64,000 nucleotides of DNA. Source: Octopus vulgaris (taxonomy: Eukaryota). The stretch lies in assembly GCA_951406725.2 (NCBI GenBank), contig OX597837.1:20584001-20648000 (forward strand), in the 5' to 3' direction. Positions 12,444 through 27,423 of the stretch are shown here, piece after piece. The notes under the pieces were generated by a model. The model had not been told where the DNA came from. It did not search any database and saw only the letters and a list, made by a program, of their open reading frames with translations. How positions within the stretch are numbered: position 1 is the first letter of the stretch; every line of letters starts with the position of its first letter. The position numbers were made by a program, and so were the translations under genes.

Positions 12444-12839
12444 CTCTTTTACTTGTTTCAGTCATTTGACTGCGGCCATGCTGGAGCACCACCTTTAGTC
12501 GGGACTTATTCTTTGTAAGCCCAGTACTTATTCTATCGGTCTCTTTTGCCGAACCGCTAAGTGACGGGGACGTAAACACACCAGCATCGGTTGTCAAGCA
12601 ATGCTAGGGGGACAAACACAGACACACAAACATATACACACACACTTATATATATATATATATATATACATATATACGACAGGCCTCTTTCAGTTTCCGT
12701 CTACCAAATCCACTCACAAGGCATTGGTCGGCCCGGGGCTATAGTAGAAGACACTTGCCCAAGATGCCACGCAGTGAGACTGAACCCGGAACCATGTGGT
12801 TGGTAAGCAAGCTACTTACCACACAGCCACTCCTGCGCC
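12444..12839 (-). mobile_element. SINE family B, full length
   Basis: The minus strand begins ggcgcaggagtggctgtgtggtaag and ends gactgaaacaagtaaaagag, with an internal microsatellite. Confidence 0.93.
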
Positions 12840-12890
12840 TATATACATGTATATACATATACATATTTTTCATTCTTTTATTACATATTA

Positions 12891-12943
<53 letters not shown>

Positions 12944-12944
12944 T

Positions 12945-13873
12945 ATAAAAAGTAAATAAGTGACAAAGATGTCCAGCTATTAGTGCCTTACGGCCGTTTC
13001 AAGTGGCTTCATTTAATCGATCAATCCAAACATTCCATTAATTTGAAATAAACCACTCTCCTGGGATGCATAGGACCGTCTAAGTTTTCATTATTTTTTA
13101 ACAAATTTTTCATCAGAACTAGAGAATACAGGAATTACAATGCTTACTGTTATTATCGTAGCATAATGAACTTACGGAGAAAATACTTAAAACCTACTAT
13201 AACTTGGAGTGGCAAAAGAAAAAAAAAGGGGGCTCAAGAAAGAGTGGTGGTGGTGGTGATATAAGTACATTTATCTTTATTCTTATCGCAATCAAAATAT
13301 CCCATGCAGCAAGTATATACATCCCCTTAGCATTAAAATCCATTGGGAAACGACAGTTAAGTTCTTACTGCTGATGATAAATTAATTAATGTTAGATACT
13401 CTTCCCTATCCCTATTTTACTATGACTATAAATTCGCCATGTCTACATAACAGAACATGCCTCAGAAGATGCTAGCAAGATAATGCTATATACGTGATAA
13501 CCAGAAAGAGGAAGGGTAAGGGTGGCTTAAACTATATTGGGATTATTAATTAAAAGGGGCCTGAAATAGAAAACAAAGGAGGTCACAATGAGATCAAAGC
13601 GGGTATTAAGGGAACAGAGGAGAAAATGTATATTCAAATTTAGCACAATTTATAAATTATTAATATATTATATTTTGTATATTTTGCACATTGCGTATAT
13701 TTAATATAAACCTGTATGGTCTCATTTAATATAAACCTACTGTCTTATGCGTCCATGAAGAGCGGTTTATTTCAAATAAATGTACTATTTGCATTGATCG
13801 ATTAAATGGAGACGCTTGAAACGGCCGTAATGCACTAATGCCTGGACATCCGTGTTACTTATTTGTGTTTTAT
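12945..13873. mobile_element. Foldback/MITE-like element with ~150-bp imperfect TIRs
   Basis: 12945-13093 aligns to the reverse complement of 13727-13873. Shared blocks include gatgtccag, attagtgc, ttacggccgtttcaag, catttaatcgatcaat and atttgaaataaacc. Confidence 0.85.
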
Positions 13874-13966
13874 TCGACTAGCCTCCAGCTGTGCGGACAA
13901 TGCCGGACTGGCTTACTGCCTCAACTTCAGAACCTAATTCAATTGAATCTTAATTATATTTAACAT

Positions 13967-13998
<32 letters not shown>

Positions 13999-14156
13999 TA
14001 GATGTATATATGCATATACATACATATATATGTACACATATACACACACACACACACACATAGATGTATATATGCATATACATACATATATATGTACACA
14101 TATACACACACACACACACACATAGATGTATATATGCATATACATACATATATATG

Positions 14157-14220
<64 letters not shown>

Positions 14221-14267
14221 TATACATACGTATACATATATGCATATACATACATATATATGTACAG

Positions 14268-14300
<33 letters not shown>

Positions 14301-14927
14301 CATATACACATATATACATCATATATATATATACATACATACATACATACATATACGTCATATACATATACATATATATGCATGCGTATTTATAAACATA
14401 TATATATACCTATACATACATACACACACACGCACACATATATATTTAATGATATAAATTATTATAAATTGACTTGAGATACTCGTGTTGCCTTGGCTTT
14501 TGTTGTCCTTTTCGTCTAATATATATCTGTTAACATGGAAGCCTAATACGGATCCTTAGCTCGAGCCTCACCTGTGAAGTCGGACCCTAATGGCTGACCA
14601 ATTATAGCACTTATACAGTGTACCTATTGGTTTAGATCACCAACGAACTAAACCCCTCGTATTCTTTATTCTTTACTCATGTATTATATATATAAATATA
14701 CACATACATATATATACACACATATATATACACATATACACATATACATATATGCACATATATATATATATACACATACATATATATATACACACACATA
14801 CATATACACACACACATATATACACACACACACACACATATATATACACACACACACATATACACACACACACATATATACACACACACACATATATACA
14901 CACACACACATATATACACACACACAC

Positions 14928-14958
<31 letters not shown>

Positions 14959-14959
14959 T

Positions 14960-15027
<68 letters not shown>

Positions 15028-16250
15028 TATATAAATATATGCATATATACATACGTATATGTACATACCTACAGCTATATGTATATATACATGCATATAT
15101 ATGGGTACAGGACATCAAAAAACCGTTGAACACAATGAGAAACTGAAACACAAAGACAAAAACATGGAAACGAACTTTTTTTCAAACAACGAAAAAACAT
15201 GTATAAATCCAACAGGGGATCCTTTGACGACGATGTAAACTTTTCATTCAGGTATCTTTGGCCCGAGTCTTGCTAGCAGATCACCTCTCGTTTGGGCAAT
15301 TACAACTTCCGAGCTTTTCCTAGCTGTGAATCATATGAGTAGCCTGGATCTTATCTACTCCATTCCATAGCCTTGGATTTTTATTCACATACACAGGGAC
15401 CCCAGCTACAAAACCTTAAGCTATAAAACACTTTTTCAGCTCATCAAACTTCGATATGGGGAGAAAATCTCAACCTTCTACATCAAAAAGCACTTTTGTT
15501 CCTGTAAGTTGCTTTTTATACCTTCTTCTGACTGCTCGACTATTACGATTTCTACACCTTGATCCTTAGATCTTTAATTTTACATATTATCATTATTATT
15601 ATATATAAATATATACACACACGAATACTTTCAATCTCAGAAACATTTCAATAAAACATACACACACACAAATTCAGAGGGAGAGAGGGGTGGCTTTTTT
15701 TCTTTCTATCTTTTGCTTCAGTCACTGGACGGCGGCCAAGCAGGGGAAGCGCCTTGAAGGTTTTGAATCGAACAAACCCACTCCACTACTTATGGTTTTA
15801 AGCGTGGGACATAACAGATCCGACGTGGGACATATAGATCCGGCTTATTTTAAGCGTGGGACATACAGATCCGCTGTTTATACAGCGATGGTGGACGATA
15901 AACAACAGAAAGGCGCACGCATACACACATAAGTACGTGTGTGTGTGTGTGTGTTACATGGATTTGGCATTAAACTTTATTCTGTACAAAGTTCGTTTCG
16001 ACCCATCCTGCTATTGTCCTTTATGTGTGGGATTCTGTTGAACGAGTTGCACTGACTTTTGCAATCGGGGTACATATCAATAGATAAAGTAGTGTCTCAC
16101 TAAAAATCTTGAGTGTCAGCTGACAACAGGTAGCCTAAATTTTTTTCTTCTGCTCTACTCAACATTTAAACACACTAATCAACTTATAACCTTATTAGTC
16201 CAAAATATTAATTATTACTCACACACACACACACACGATAGGCTTGTTTT

Positions 16251-16480
16251 AATACCTATTTCTTTACTACCAACAAGGGGCTAAACACAGAGAGGACAAA
16301 CAAGGACAGACAAAGGGATTAAGTCGATTATATCGACCCCAGTGCGTAACTGGTACTTATTTAATCGACCCCGAAAGGATGAAAGGCAAAGTCGACCTCG
16401 GCGGAATTTGAACTCAGAACGTAGCGGCAGACGAAATACCGCTAAGAATTTCGCCCGGCGTGCTAACGATTCTGCCCCAC
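16251..16480 (-). mobile_element. SINE family A copy
   Basis: Reverse complement of the family A consensus, including the tail aaagaaataggtatt. Confidence 0.9.
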
Positions 16481-16765
16481 TCACAAGGTAGTAGCAGACA
16501 CTTGCAAAAGGTACTACGCAGTGGGACTGAACCTAAGACTCTGTGGTTGAGAAGCAAGCTTCCTAACCACATATCTACGTCTGCGCCGAAATATCTGTAA
16601 AACGTTTTCTATAATTTCACTGATTTCAGCCGTTCACTGCAGCCATGCTGGAGCACCAGGAAACCCAATGCCTCAGTCAAGTATTTATTCCCTTCAATGG
16701 ACTAGATCGCTGTCTGACAAACCAGCTGTTTTGGAACTAGCCCCATTTAATCTATCCCTTCCTTA

Positions 16766-16849
<84 letters not shown>

Positions 16850-16869
16850 TGTATGTATATATGTGTGTG

Positions 16870-17070
16870 TGTTTGTGTGTCTTTGTTTGTCCCCCCAACA
16901 TCGCTTGACAACCGATGCTGGTATGTTTACGTCCCGTTACTCAGCGGTTCGGCAAAAGAGACCGATAGAATAAGTACTAGGCTTACAAAGAATAAGACCT
17001 GGGGTCGATTTGCTCGACTAAAAGGCGGTGCTCCAGCATGGCCGCAGTCAAATGACTGAAACAAGTAAAA
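16870..17070 (+). mobile_element. SINE family B 3' half
   Basis: Matches the family B body and tail. Confidence 0.88.
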
Positions 17071-17075
17071 AAAAA

Positions 17076-17108
<33 letters not shown>

Positions 17109-17304
17109 CATATATATATGTATATGCGCGCACACACACACACACATACACACAACTACGTGTTTGGAGATATGCAATCGGCAGGGTTCAGAAAAGTCTC
17201 CAAGTACAAAATTCCGGCTAAGCCCATAACTCTGCATATATCTTTCGCAGCCAGTGGTTTCGAATGGACATGGTCGGTGAACCAAACTCCCGAAACAGCC
17301 TTAC

Positions 17305-17432
17305 TGCTTCATCAGAGGCTCTGACGAAGCTGTAAGATGTTACTCGGGCACTCAGCTATGACACCACCGCATCCTATGGTGGAAACGGCTGTTAACTAAT
17401 TAAGTTCATAAGATAATCGTTTATTCTTTATC
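17305..17432 (+). mobile_element. Penelope-like terminal fragment with degenerate hammerhead (CTGACGA 17321-17327, GAAAC 17382-17386)
   Basis: Homologous over about 110 nt to the reverse complement of 39066-39177. It is preceded by an inverted copy of its own start (gcttcatcagag-g-ctctgacgaagc). Confidence 0.6.
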
Positions 17433-17434
17433 AT

Positions 17435-17472
<38 letters not shown>

Positions 17473-17591
17473 CATCATCAACACCATCATTATTATTATT
17501 ACTACTACTACTAGTACTACTGTACTTAACAAATGGTTCATTTTGCAACGTAAATATTGGGTTCTACACCAGGTTATATATATATATATAT

Positions 17592-17808
17592 CTTTATTGC
17601 ACACAGAGGGCTAAACATAGAGGGGACAAACAAGGTCAGACAAGGTGATTTAGTCGATTACATCGACCCCAGTAACTAACTGGTACTTATTTAATCGACC
17701 CCGAAAGGATAAAACGCAAAGTCGAACACGGCGCAATTCGAACTCAGAAAGTAACGGCAGACGAAATACCGCTAGGCATTTCGCCCGGCGTGCTAACGTT
17801 TCTGCCAG

Positions 17809-17812
<4 letters not shown>
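17592..17812 (-). mobile_element. SINE family A copy
   Basis: Reverse complement of the family A consensus. Confidence 0.88.
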
Positions 17813-17851
<39 letters not shown>

Positions 17852-17871
17852 GTAAACATGTAGTGTACCCT

Positions 17872-17927
<56 letters not shown>

Positions 17928-17949
17928 CATGCATACATACATATATCAA

Positions 17950-18275
17950 GGGGCTGTGTGTTAAGTAGCTTGTTGACCAACCACATGGTTCCGGGTTCAG
18001 TCCCACTGCGTGGTACCTTGGGCAAGTGTCTTCTATAGACTCGGGCCAACCAAAGCCTTGTGAGCAGATGTGGTTGGCGGAAACTGAAAGAAGCCCGTCG
18101 TATGTATGTGTGTGTGTGTGTGTTTACGTCACCGTTATCTAGCGGTTCGGCAAGAGGGACCAATAGTATAAGTACTAGGCTTTTAAAGAGTAACTCCTGG
18201 GGACGGTTTACTCGACTAAAGGCAGTGCTCCAGCATGGCCACAGTCAAAATGACTCAAACAAGTAAACGAACATA
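17950..18275 (+). mobile_element. SINE family B copy
   Basis: Head, body and tail are recognisable. Confidence 0.88.
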
Positions 18276-18436
18276 AAAGAACAGACTGGTGATGATGATC
18301 TGTGGATGCAAGAAATGTGTTTATTTTAGAAATATCGCCAAAAAGTGAATAGCGAAACTAGGAAAACACACGGAGGATATTGGATGAATAGTGTGACTCT
18401 GGGGGTGTCAGTCTGCGCATACATGTTTGTGTATGT

Positions 18437-18493
<57 letters not shown>

Positions 18494-18496
18494 CTA

Positions 18497-18595
<99 letters not shown>

Positions 18596-18864
18596 ATACA
18601 TATATATATACTTATATATATATATATACATATACATATATACATATACACATATACATACATATATATATATATACATATATATATATACATATAATAT
18701 ATATATACATATACACATACATATATATATACATATATACACATACATATATATATACATATATATACACATACATATATATATATACATATATATACAT
18801 ATATATATATATATACACATATATATATACATATATATATACATATATATATACACATATATAT

Positions 18865-18909
<45 letters not shown>

Positions 18910-19375
18910 CATATATATATATATACATATATATATACACACATATATATATACACATATATATATACATATATATACATATACATATATACATACATAC
19001 AAACATATATATATATGCATATATATATACATACATACATGCATACATATACTCTTTTACTCTTTTACTTGTTTCAGTCATTTGACTGCGGCCATGCTGG
19101 AGCACCGCCTTTAGTCGAGCAAATCGACCCCGGGACTTATTCTTTGTAAACCCAACATACTTACATATATATACATACATATAAATATATGGATAGAAAG
19201 ATAGATATGCATGCATACATACGTAGGTAATTATACATAGTTATATATATCTCTATATATCATGTTACATAAAATGCCATACATACACGTAGGAACAGCG
19301 TTAATAGTATGTAACTATACGCATACACACACATATCTATACATACAATTATAATATACATACATTATATACTGC

Positions 19376-19409
<34 letters not shown>

Positions 19410-19566
19410 TATACATATATGCACACACACACATTCGCGCGCGTGTACGCAATGTGCGTGTTTGACTTTGCAATACATTACACACAAATTACTAATGCGT
19501 ACATGTGATTATATTCGTAGACACGTGTATATGTGTGTTTATATGTGTATACATACATACATACAT

Positions 19567-19609
<43 letters not shown>

Positions 19610-20684
19610 ACATATATATATACACGCACGCACATTTACATACACAAACATACACAGATACACACACAGTTTTTAAATACATTCGCAATTAGAAGAGAAA
19701 CGAAGAAACGGGAAAAAGCTTTGTACTTTGTCGATAGGACACAAGTTAGGTACACATGTACGTAACATGGTAAACTGTGTGTGTACTGCGTAACGGTGAA
19801 TGCCTTGTGTGTATCTATGGATTTTTTGTGACCTCTCTCTCTCTCTCTATCTCTCTCACCCTGTATGTACACATCCACACACACACATATACACACACGT
19901 GTGTGCATGCCAATGTTTGTGTGAGTGCTTGCCTATATAAGTCTATGGGTATCTTTGCATATGTAAAATTGTGAGTATGTCTGTATGCCTGCGCGTAAAT
20001 GTGTGTGAGTGTAGGTTTATGTGTACACGCGAGCAAATCTGTGTTATACATGCGAATTAATAGATAAAAATATATATATATATAACAGAAAGAAAGATGG
20101 GTAGATAGATACATTTTGTGTTCGCATGTATGTATATATCTCTACATGTGTGTGTGTGTGTGTGTGAATGCATATGTGTATATTGTACCATAGATGTGTG
20201 TGTGTGTGTGCGTGTGTGTGTTCTCATTAGCCAAAACAAGTATATAAAAACTTTAAAATAAAAACAAACAAAGATAATGATTAAAAATAACACGAAAACA
20301 AGAACAGAAGGAGCAACTCGGCCGCTGATTGGCTGGTTGACATACGTGGAGACGACGGTGGAGGCAGAGGTGTTCTCAGGGTGAAATTGGGGTGTAGGGG
20401 ACGATACGAACAAGGAGAGGATTGGTGGTGGTGGTGATGGTGATGGTGGGGAGTTCGTAGAGTTTTAAGCGGGAGAGCTTAGAGAAAGGAATGGGAGCGG
20501 ACGGGGTGAGGGTGGGGTTTAGATTTTAAGCTTGTTGTGTGTAGTAGGGTAGAGGCGAACCAATATCGTAAAGGAATACTAAGCAGGAGGGTGGTGGCAG
20601 GGGAGACGGTGGCAAAATAGCAGGGTACGTAGTAGAGAGATAGGGGTGGTTTTTGTTTAATTTTTGTTGGAGGTGGTGACAATA

Positions 20685-20692
20685 GTAACAGC

Positions 20693-20741
<49 letters not shown>

Positions 20742-20830
20742 ATAGTAGTAGTAGTAGCAATAGTAGTAGTAGTAGTCAATGGTGGTGGTGATGGTGGTGA
20801 AAGTGGTAATAATAATGTTGGAGAGGTGAT
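20685..20830. repeat. (TAG)n/(GGT)n trinucleotide repeats
   Basis: Directly visible. Similar tracts at 61400-61850, 62365-62430 and 63640-64000. Confidence 0.95.
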
Positions 20831-21398
20831 AGTTGTAATGGCTACGTAATTACTGATAGTTGTATAGTATACTAATGGTGCGGATGGAAACGTGGTAGCG
20901 GTGGAGATGATAGTGGTTAAATTGTAGGGGTAATGCAAAGGTGGCGGTGGTGGTGGTGGTATAATGCTTCTGGTGTTAATGCTGGCTGGTAGGAGTGGCG
21001 ATGGGCACTGATAAAGTTGACAGTGGTTGCAGTGATGTTGCTGTTGTTGTTGTTGTTTAGGTCAGCAATAATGGGGAGGAAAAAAAAACCCCAATATTTC
21101 AAACAACATTCCTGTCCCTCTTTGCTTCCTTCCTTTTTTTTCGCAAGAGGTTTTGACTGCTATTTCTTGTAGGTCAAGGAACCATGTTGGGACCCTGGCT
21201 GACGTAACGCAAGAGCTGTGACCGCGTTGGTAGTGCGTGAAGGTGCTTCAGGCGATGTATGTACGTATGTATGTTGTATATATGTATGTATGTATGAATC
21301 TATTTATATGTGTAGGTATGTGTGTAAACCTACGGAGTAGACACACACGAACAGAGTAAATTTAACTATGTATAGATATATGTGTGTATATCTATATT

Positions 21399-21533
<135 letters not shown>

Positions 21534-21898
21534 TATATATATAAATATATATACATATATATATATAAATATATACACATATATATATATATATAAATAT
21601 ATATACACATATATATATTTATATATATGTATATATATACATACATATATATATATACACACACATATATATATATGTATATAAAGAGAGAGATGTATGT
21701 ATTTACATATAAACAAGCACAGACGCAAATCTGTGTATATAATTGCGCGCACGCGTTCACAAGGCTGGATGGATCGCTTTATGAAGTGGGTATTGAAATA
21801 CCTTGATAGGTTATCAATATCGTCCCCCCCCCCCCACCACCACCACCATTCACATCTCTCTCTCTCTATACATACATACATACATATATATATCAGTA

Positions 21899-21930
<32 letters not shown>

Positions 21931-22313
21931 CGTGTAGGTATGTCTGTATACAAACATATTAAACCTACGTAAGTCTATTTATCTATATTAGCTATCAGAG
22001 TCTCACTCACACACTAAGATAAACAACCTGTACACATACATACATAGACATACACATGTATGTATGTAGATATATATATATATATATATATACAGATAGA
22101 GAGAGAGAGAGATGAGAACGTGTGTGTGTGTATTTGTGTTTATCTAGTTTGTTACCCTCTCACGTACTCCTGACCTACTTAAATATCAGTTCTTTACAGT
22201 TAACCTACATCCGATCATAACACACCCACATTTTACATAACACACCAACACTCACCAATATATACACACATATGACGTTATACACACAGCTACTACTATA
22301 TATATACATACAT

Positions 22314-22354
<41 letters not shown>

Positions 22355-22818
22355 AGACAGAGAGAGACAGAGGTAGATGGATGGTAAAAAAAAATTCAAA
22401 ATTGTACAAGTGTTTTCTAAACATTGTATAAATATAGAATATAGATATATTGTAGCACATATCAACACAGCCAAGCTATACGTATGTACGCGTATATGTC
22501 ATCTGCACATAGAACATGTTACATAACGCGTACTTTAACGTTCTACTTATATGGATCGCAGAAATATATCTTTTTTTTGTTCTTCAGCCCCAGGTCAGCA
22601 CTGGATCAAAACGGCCTCCTTGAACAAACGTATTCCATCTGCGAATCTCGACCCATCTCGACTGTTTTCCCATATGCGCAGAGAAGAAGCCAGATCGACA
22701 TTTAAGCCAGCGTGTTATTTCTATAGTACAATCGAGATGTTACTCCAAGGAGACTCGGGGTCTCTGGGTAACACGTTGAACGAATCCGTACACAAAATTT
22801 TACTTCAGTTCAACATAC

Positions 22819-22853
<35 letters not shown>

Positions 22854-22902
22854 AACTTCTTTTTTACAAATATATACCCACTCGTATACGATCTACTCTT
22901 AT

Positions 22903-22959
<57 letters not shown>

Positions 22960-23056
22960 TTGTTATGGGGTATGTGTTTACATTAACTGCTGGCCCCAGA
23001 ACAGACACATTCCCCAATAAAATACAATATGTACTTTACTTAACCGTCATATATAT

Positions 23057-23089
<33 letters not shown>

Positions 23090-23121
23090 TAATTATCTAT
23101 ATGCATAAGTTTTGCCGTGTA

Positions 23122-23169
<48 letters not shown>

Positions 23170-23674
23170 AACATATACGGCAAAACTTATGCAGAACAGA
23201 GCACCGAATAATCTCAGAGTGTCATATTATTTATATGTCGTTTCTCAAGATGGGGCGTGGCAATATTCATATGGCAAAAGCGGGGTGGGGTACTTCGGTG
23301 GTTCCACTATGGGATTGCAAGTGAATAAAAGTTGCAATAAACTTTAAATCAAAACTTCATACCCTATATACGAGGTATATCATTCTTTCTATCTATATTT
23401 ATACAAATATATATGCATATATATATTTTTTTCATATATATGTGCACAATTGTTTCTTTCGTGTTTTTCTGAATTCAAATGGGGCCTTTGGCGCGCATGC
23501 ACACGTGCGCACAGGCACACACACACACACATTCACAAAAACAACGTTCAGGGTTTTACTGGATTGTCTTTCCATACCTTTCGTAATTATCAACAGCAAA
23601 AATCTTATGATCAAAATTAAAAATACACACACATATATAAATTATTATTATATATATATACATATATATATATA

Positions 23675-23868
23675 TTCTTTTATTCTCTTGTTTCAGTCAT
23701 TTGGCTGTGGCCACCCAGGAGCACTGCCTTCGGTCGAAGAAATCGACCCCAGGACTTATTCTCTGTAAGCCTAGTACTTATTCTATCGGTCTCTTTTGCC
23801 GGACCGCTAGATTACGGGGACGTAATCACAACATCGTATGCCAAGCGATGGCGGGGTGACAAACATAG

Positions 23869-23926
<58 letters not shown>

Positions 23927-24085
23927 ACACACACACAACAGGCTTCTTTCTTTTTCTGTCTACCAAATCCACTTACAATACTTTGGTCGGCCCGAGGCTA
24001 TAGTAGAAGGCATTTGCCTAAGGTGTCACGCAGTGGGACTGAACTCGAAACCATGTGGTTGAGAATCAAGCTTCTTACCACACAG
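23675..24085 (-). mobile_element. SINE family B copy
   Basis: Reverse complement of the consensus with an internal microsatellite. Further minus copies at about 25697-26000, 26960-27280 and 27640-27790. Confidence 0.88.
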
Positions 24086-24100
24086 TCATATATTATATAT

Positions 24101-24149
<49 letters not shown>

Positions 24150-24184
24150 CGTGTGTGTGTGTAATATATATTATATACACACAT

Positions 24185-24226
<42 letters not shown>

Positions 24227-24289
24227 ATACACACACACACACATTAGTGTGTGTGTTAATAACACCTATAAGGAGGTGTTTTATCCATT

Positions 24290-24756
24290 CACCAAAGTAA
24301 ATGGAGCCTCGTCCAGTAGGAACTGATGTCAGACGACCCTGAACCGTAGATCCCTCACGTTGGTGGGTCAGCAGAGGCGGCCAGGTCACTGCTCCTCCTA
24401 TCCTCCTGACTTCCAACTTAACTCCTTTCTTTTGCTCCAAAGCCTACAAGGGGTTCTTTCAGCTGCCTCTCCCGTCCTGCACACAGCCACCCATCGCTCC
24501 TTCCCTCTCATGCCAATTGCTGTAAACATCTTGCATGCCGACTGAGCAGGGAATCCCCTACAGCCAACCTAGACTGGGAAAAGCCATACCTGCAATCCCT
24601 TCTCCCTGCTCTCATATCCGGCACGCTTTCGTTCATAGGGCTCATCACATCCCTCTTCCCACGGGACTGTTCAATTACGATTATTTTCTTCGCCTTTTCA
24701 GACCAAGTGGCAACATCTGACCTCAGGGTTGTATGGACAACCCAGGGAAACTGCAT
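24290..24756 (-). pseudogene. HERO-type (restriction-like endonuclease) non-LTR retrotransposon 3' relic
   Basis: With one frameshift it reads [40 protein letters not shown]...WLFPV*VGCRGFPAQS. This matches the RPD..E.TVPWE..RK..KY..PVEVGCRGF RLE signature. Confidence 0.85.
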
Positions 24757-25045
24757 ATCTATCTAGTTCTCTCTCTCTCTCTGTATATATATATGTATAT
24801 ATATGTGTGTATATATATTTATGTGTGTATATATATATGTATGCATATATATATTTATGTGTATATATATATATTTATGTGTATATATATATATATTTAT
24901 GTGTATATATATATATATATTTATGTTTGTATATATATATATATATTTATATGTATATGTGTGTATATATATATATTTATGTGTGTATATATATATATAT
25001 TTATGTGTGTATATATATATATTTATGTGTGTATATATATATATT

Positions 25046-25124
<79 letters not shown>

Positions 25125-25130
25125 TATATT

Positions 25131-25170
<40 letters not shown>

Positions 25171-25185
25171 CATATATATATTTAT

Positions 25186-25223
<38 letters not shown>

Positions 25224-25369
25224 ATATATATTCATGTATATACATATATATATATATGTGTGGCGTCATTCGAAGGCTAAAACAATGCGAACGCATTGTG
25301 ACCAGCGATGTGTAACTACATCTGATGGACTGGTTGGTCACGTGATATACATATATATATATGTGTGCG

Positions 25370-25438
<69 letters not shown>

Positions 25439-25471
25439 ATATATTTATGTGTATATATATATAAATATATA

Positions 25472-25602
25472 CAGGGTGTCCCAAAAAAATGTATACACAT
25501 AGTGGTTCGGCAAAAAAGAACGATAGAATAAGTACTAGGCTTACAAAGAATAACAAATTTACAATTATTTAAGGTGTGTATACATTTTTTGGGGACACCC
25601 TG
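25472..25602. mobile_element. 131-bp Tc1/mariner-like MITE
   Basis: 28-bp TIR cagggtgtccc(a/c)aaaaaatgtatacaca (1 mismatch), flanked by TA on both sides. Confidence 0.85.
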
Positions 25603-25662
25603 TATATATATATGTATGTATGTATATATATTTATGTGTATGTATATATAAATATATAATTG

Positions 25663-25699
<37 letters not shown>

Positions 25700-26165
25700 C
25701 TTGTTTCTGTCATTTGACTGCGGCCATGCTGGAGCACCGCCTTTGGTCGAACAAATCGACATCAGGACTTATACTCTATAAGCCTAGTACTTATTCAATC
25801 GGTCTCTTTTGCCGAACAGCTAAGTTACAGGGACGTAAATACACCAGCATCAATTGTCAGACAGACATACATACATACACACACACATATATATATACTA
25901 CCAAATCCATTCACAAGTATTTGGTCGGCCCGAGACAATAGTGGATCGAACCCGGAACCATGTAGTTGGTAAGCAAGTGACTTACCGCACAGCCACTCAT
26001 ATATATATATATATATATATATTGTAATTATATAAAATTATATATAATTAGAAACAAATATATAATTAACCAAATTACATATACATAATTTTATATGTAT
26101 GTTACATCTATTATTTAGTTGTACATATGTGTAATTATAAATTTATATAATCATATATATATAAA

Positions 26166-26217
<52 letters not shown>

Positions 26218-26449
26218 TATCTATACATTATTATAAGCATATAAATATAATTGTGTGTGTGTGTGTGTGTAAACTGTATATCTATGTAATTATCTGTGCG
26301 TGTGTGTTAGTTTACATATTTCCACTTGTTCGGACGCACGTGTTGCAACGTTATGCTTTGGGACCTGATTTCGTGGCTGTTGCGCAGATTTCGTTATTCT
26401 AATTTACACGTGTTAACTGTATGCATGTATTTATTTATCTATAGATCGT

Positions 26450-26785
26450 GGCATTCCGTCGGTAGCAACGACGAGGATTTCAGGTGATCCCGCTCGTGAA
26501 ATTAACGTGGAAGTGGCTGAGCACTCCACAGACACGTGTACCCTTAATGTAGTTCTCGGGGAGATTCAGGGTGAAACTGCGTGCGACAAGGCCGGCCCTT
26601 TGAAATACAGGTACAACAGAAACAGTAAGAAACAGTGAGGGAAAGTATACAGCAGGGTTCACCACCAAACAGCGCCGGAGCCATGTCGAGCTTTAAGTGT
26701 TTCCGCTCAATAAACAATCACAACGCCTGGTCTGGGAATCGAAACCGCGAGTCCACTGCCCTAACCACTGGGCCATTGCGCCTCC
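26450..26785 (-). mobile_element. SINE family C copy (tRNA-derived head ggcgcaatggcccagtggttaggg)
   Basis: A-box tggcccagtgg and B-box-like gtttcgattccc; homologous to 33050-33281, 33518-33805 and 43198-43410. Confidence 0.85.
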
Positions 26786-26859
26786 ACTATCTATAGATAG
26801 AATGTATGGGAAAAGTGTGTATCTAATATACGTACACACACACATACATATACTCATAT

Positions 26860-26936
<77 letters not shown>

Positions 26937-27127
26937 TGGTATAATTTATATGCATTCTTTTATTCTTTTACTTGTTTCAGTCATTTGCTTGTGGCTATAC
27001 TCAGGCACCGCTCTTAGTCAAAGAAATCGACCCTTATTCTTTGTAAGCCTGGTGCTTATTCTATCAAACAATTCTGCCGAACCGCTATGTTACGCGGGGC
27101 GCGCGCACACACACACACACACACACA

Positions 27128-27165
<38 letters not shown>

Positions 27166-27291
27166 CACGACAGGCTTCTTCCAGTTTCCCTCTAGCAAAT
27201 TCACGCACAAGAGAACAGTTGCCCAAGTGCCACGCAGTGAGATTGAACCCAGAAGCGAGCTTTCTACCACACAACTACGCCTGTGTGTATG

Positions 27292-27322
<31 letters not shown>

Positions 27323-27369
27323 ATGTATATATGTATATGTACATATATAAGTGTATATATATTTGTATG

Positions 27370-27423
<54 letters not shown>

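Noticed and set aside
15803-15873. Three ~20-bp repeats cgtgggacata(a)cagatccg as a mini-CRISPR
   Set aside because: Spacers are 1-12 nt, the context is eukaryotic and there are no cas genes; this is local slippage inside a decayed SINE.
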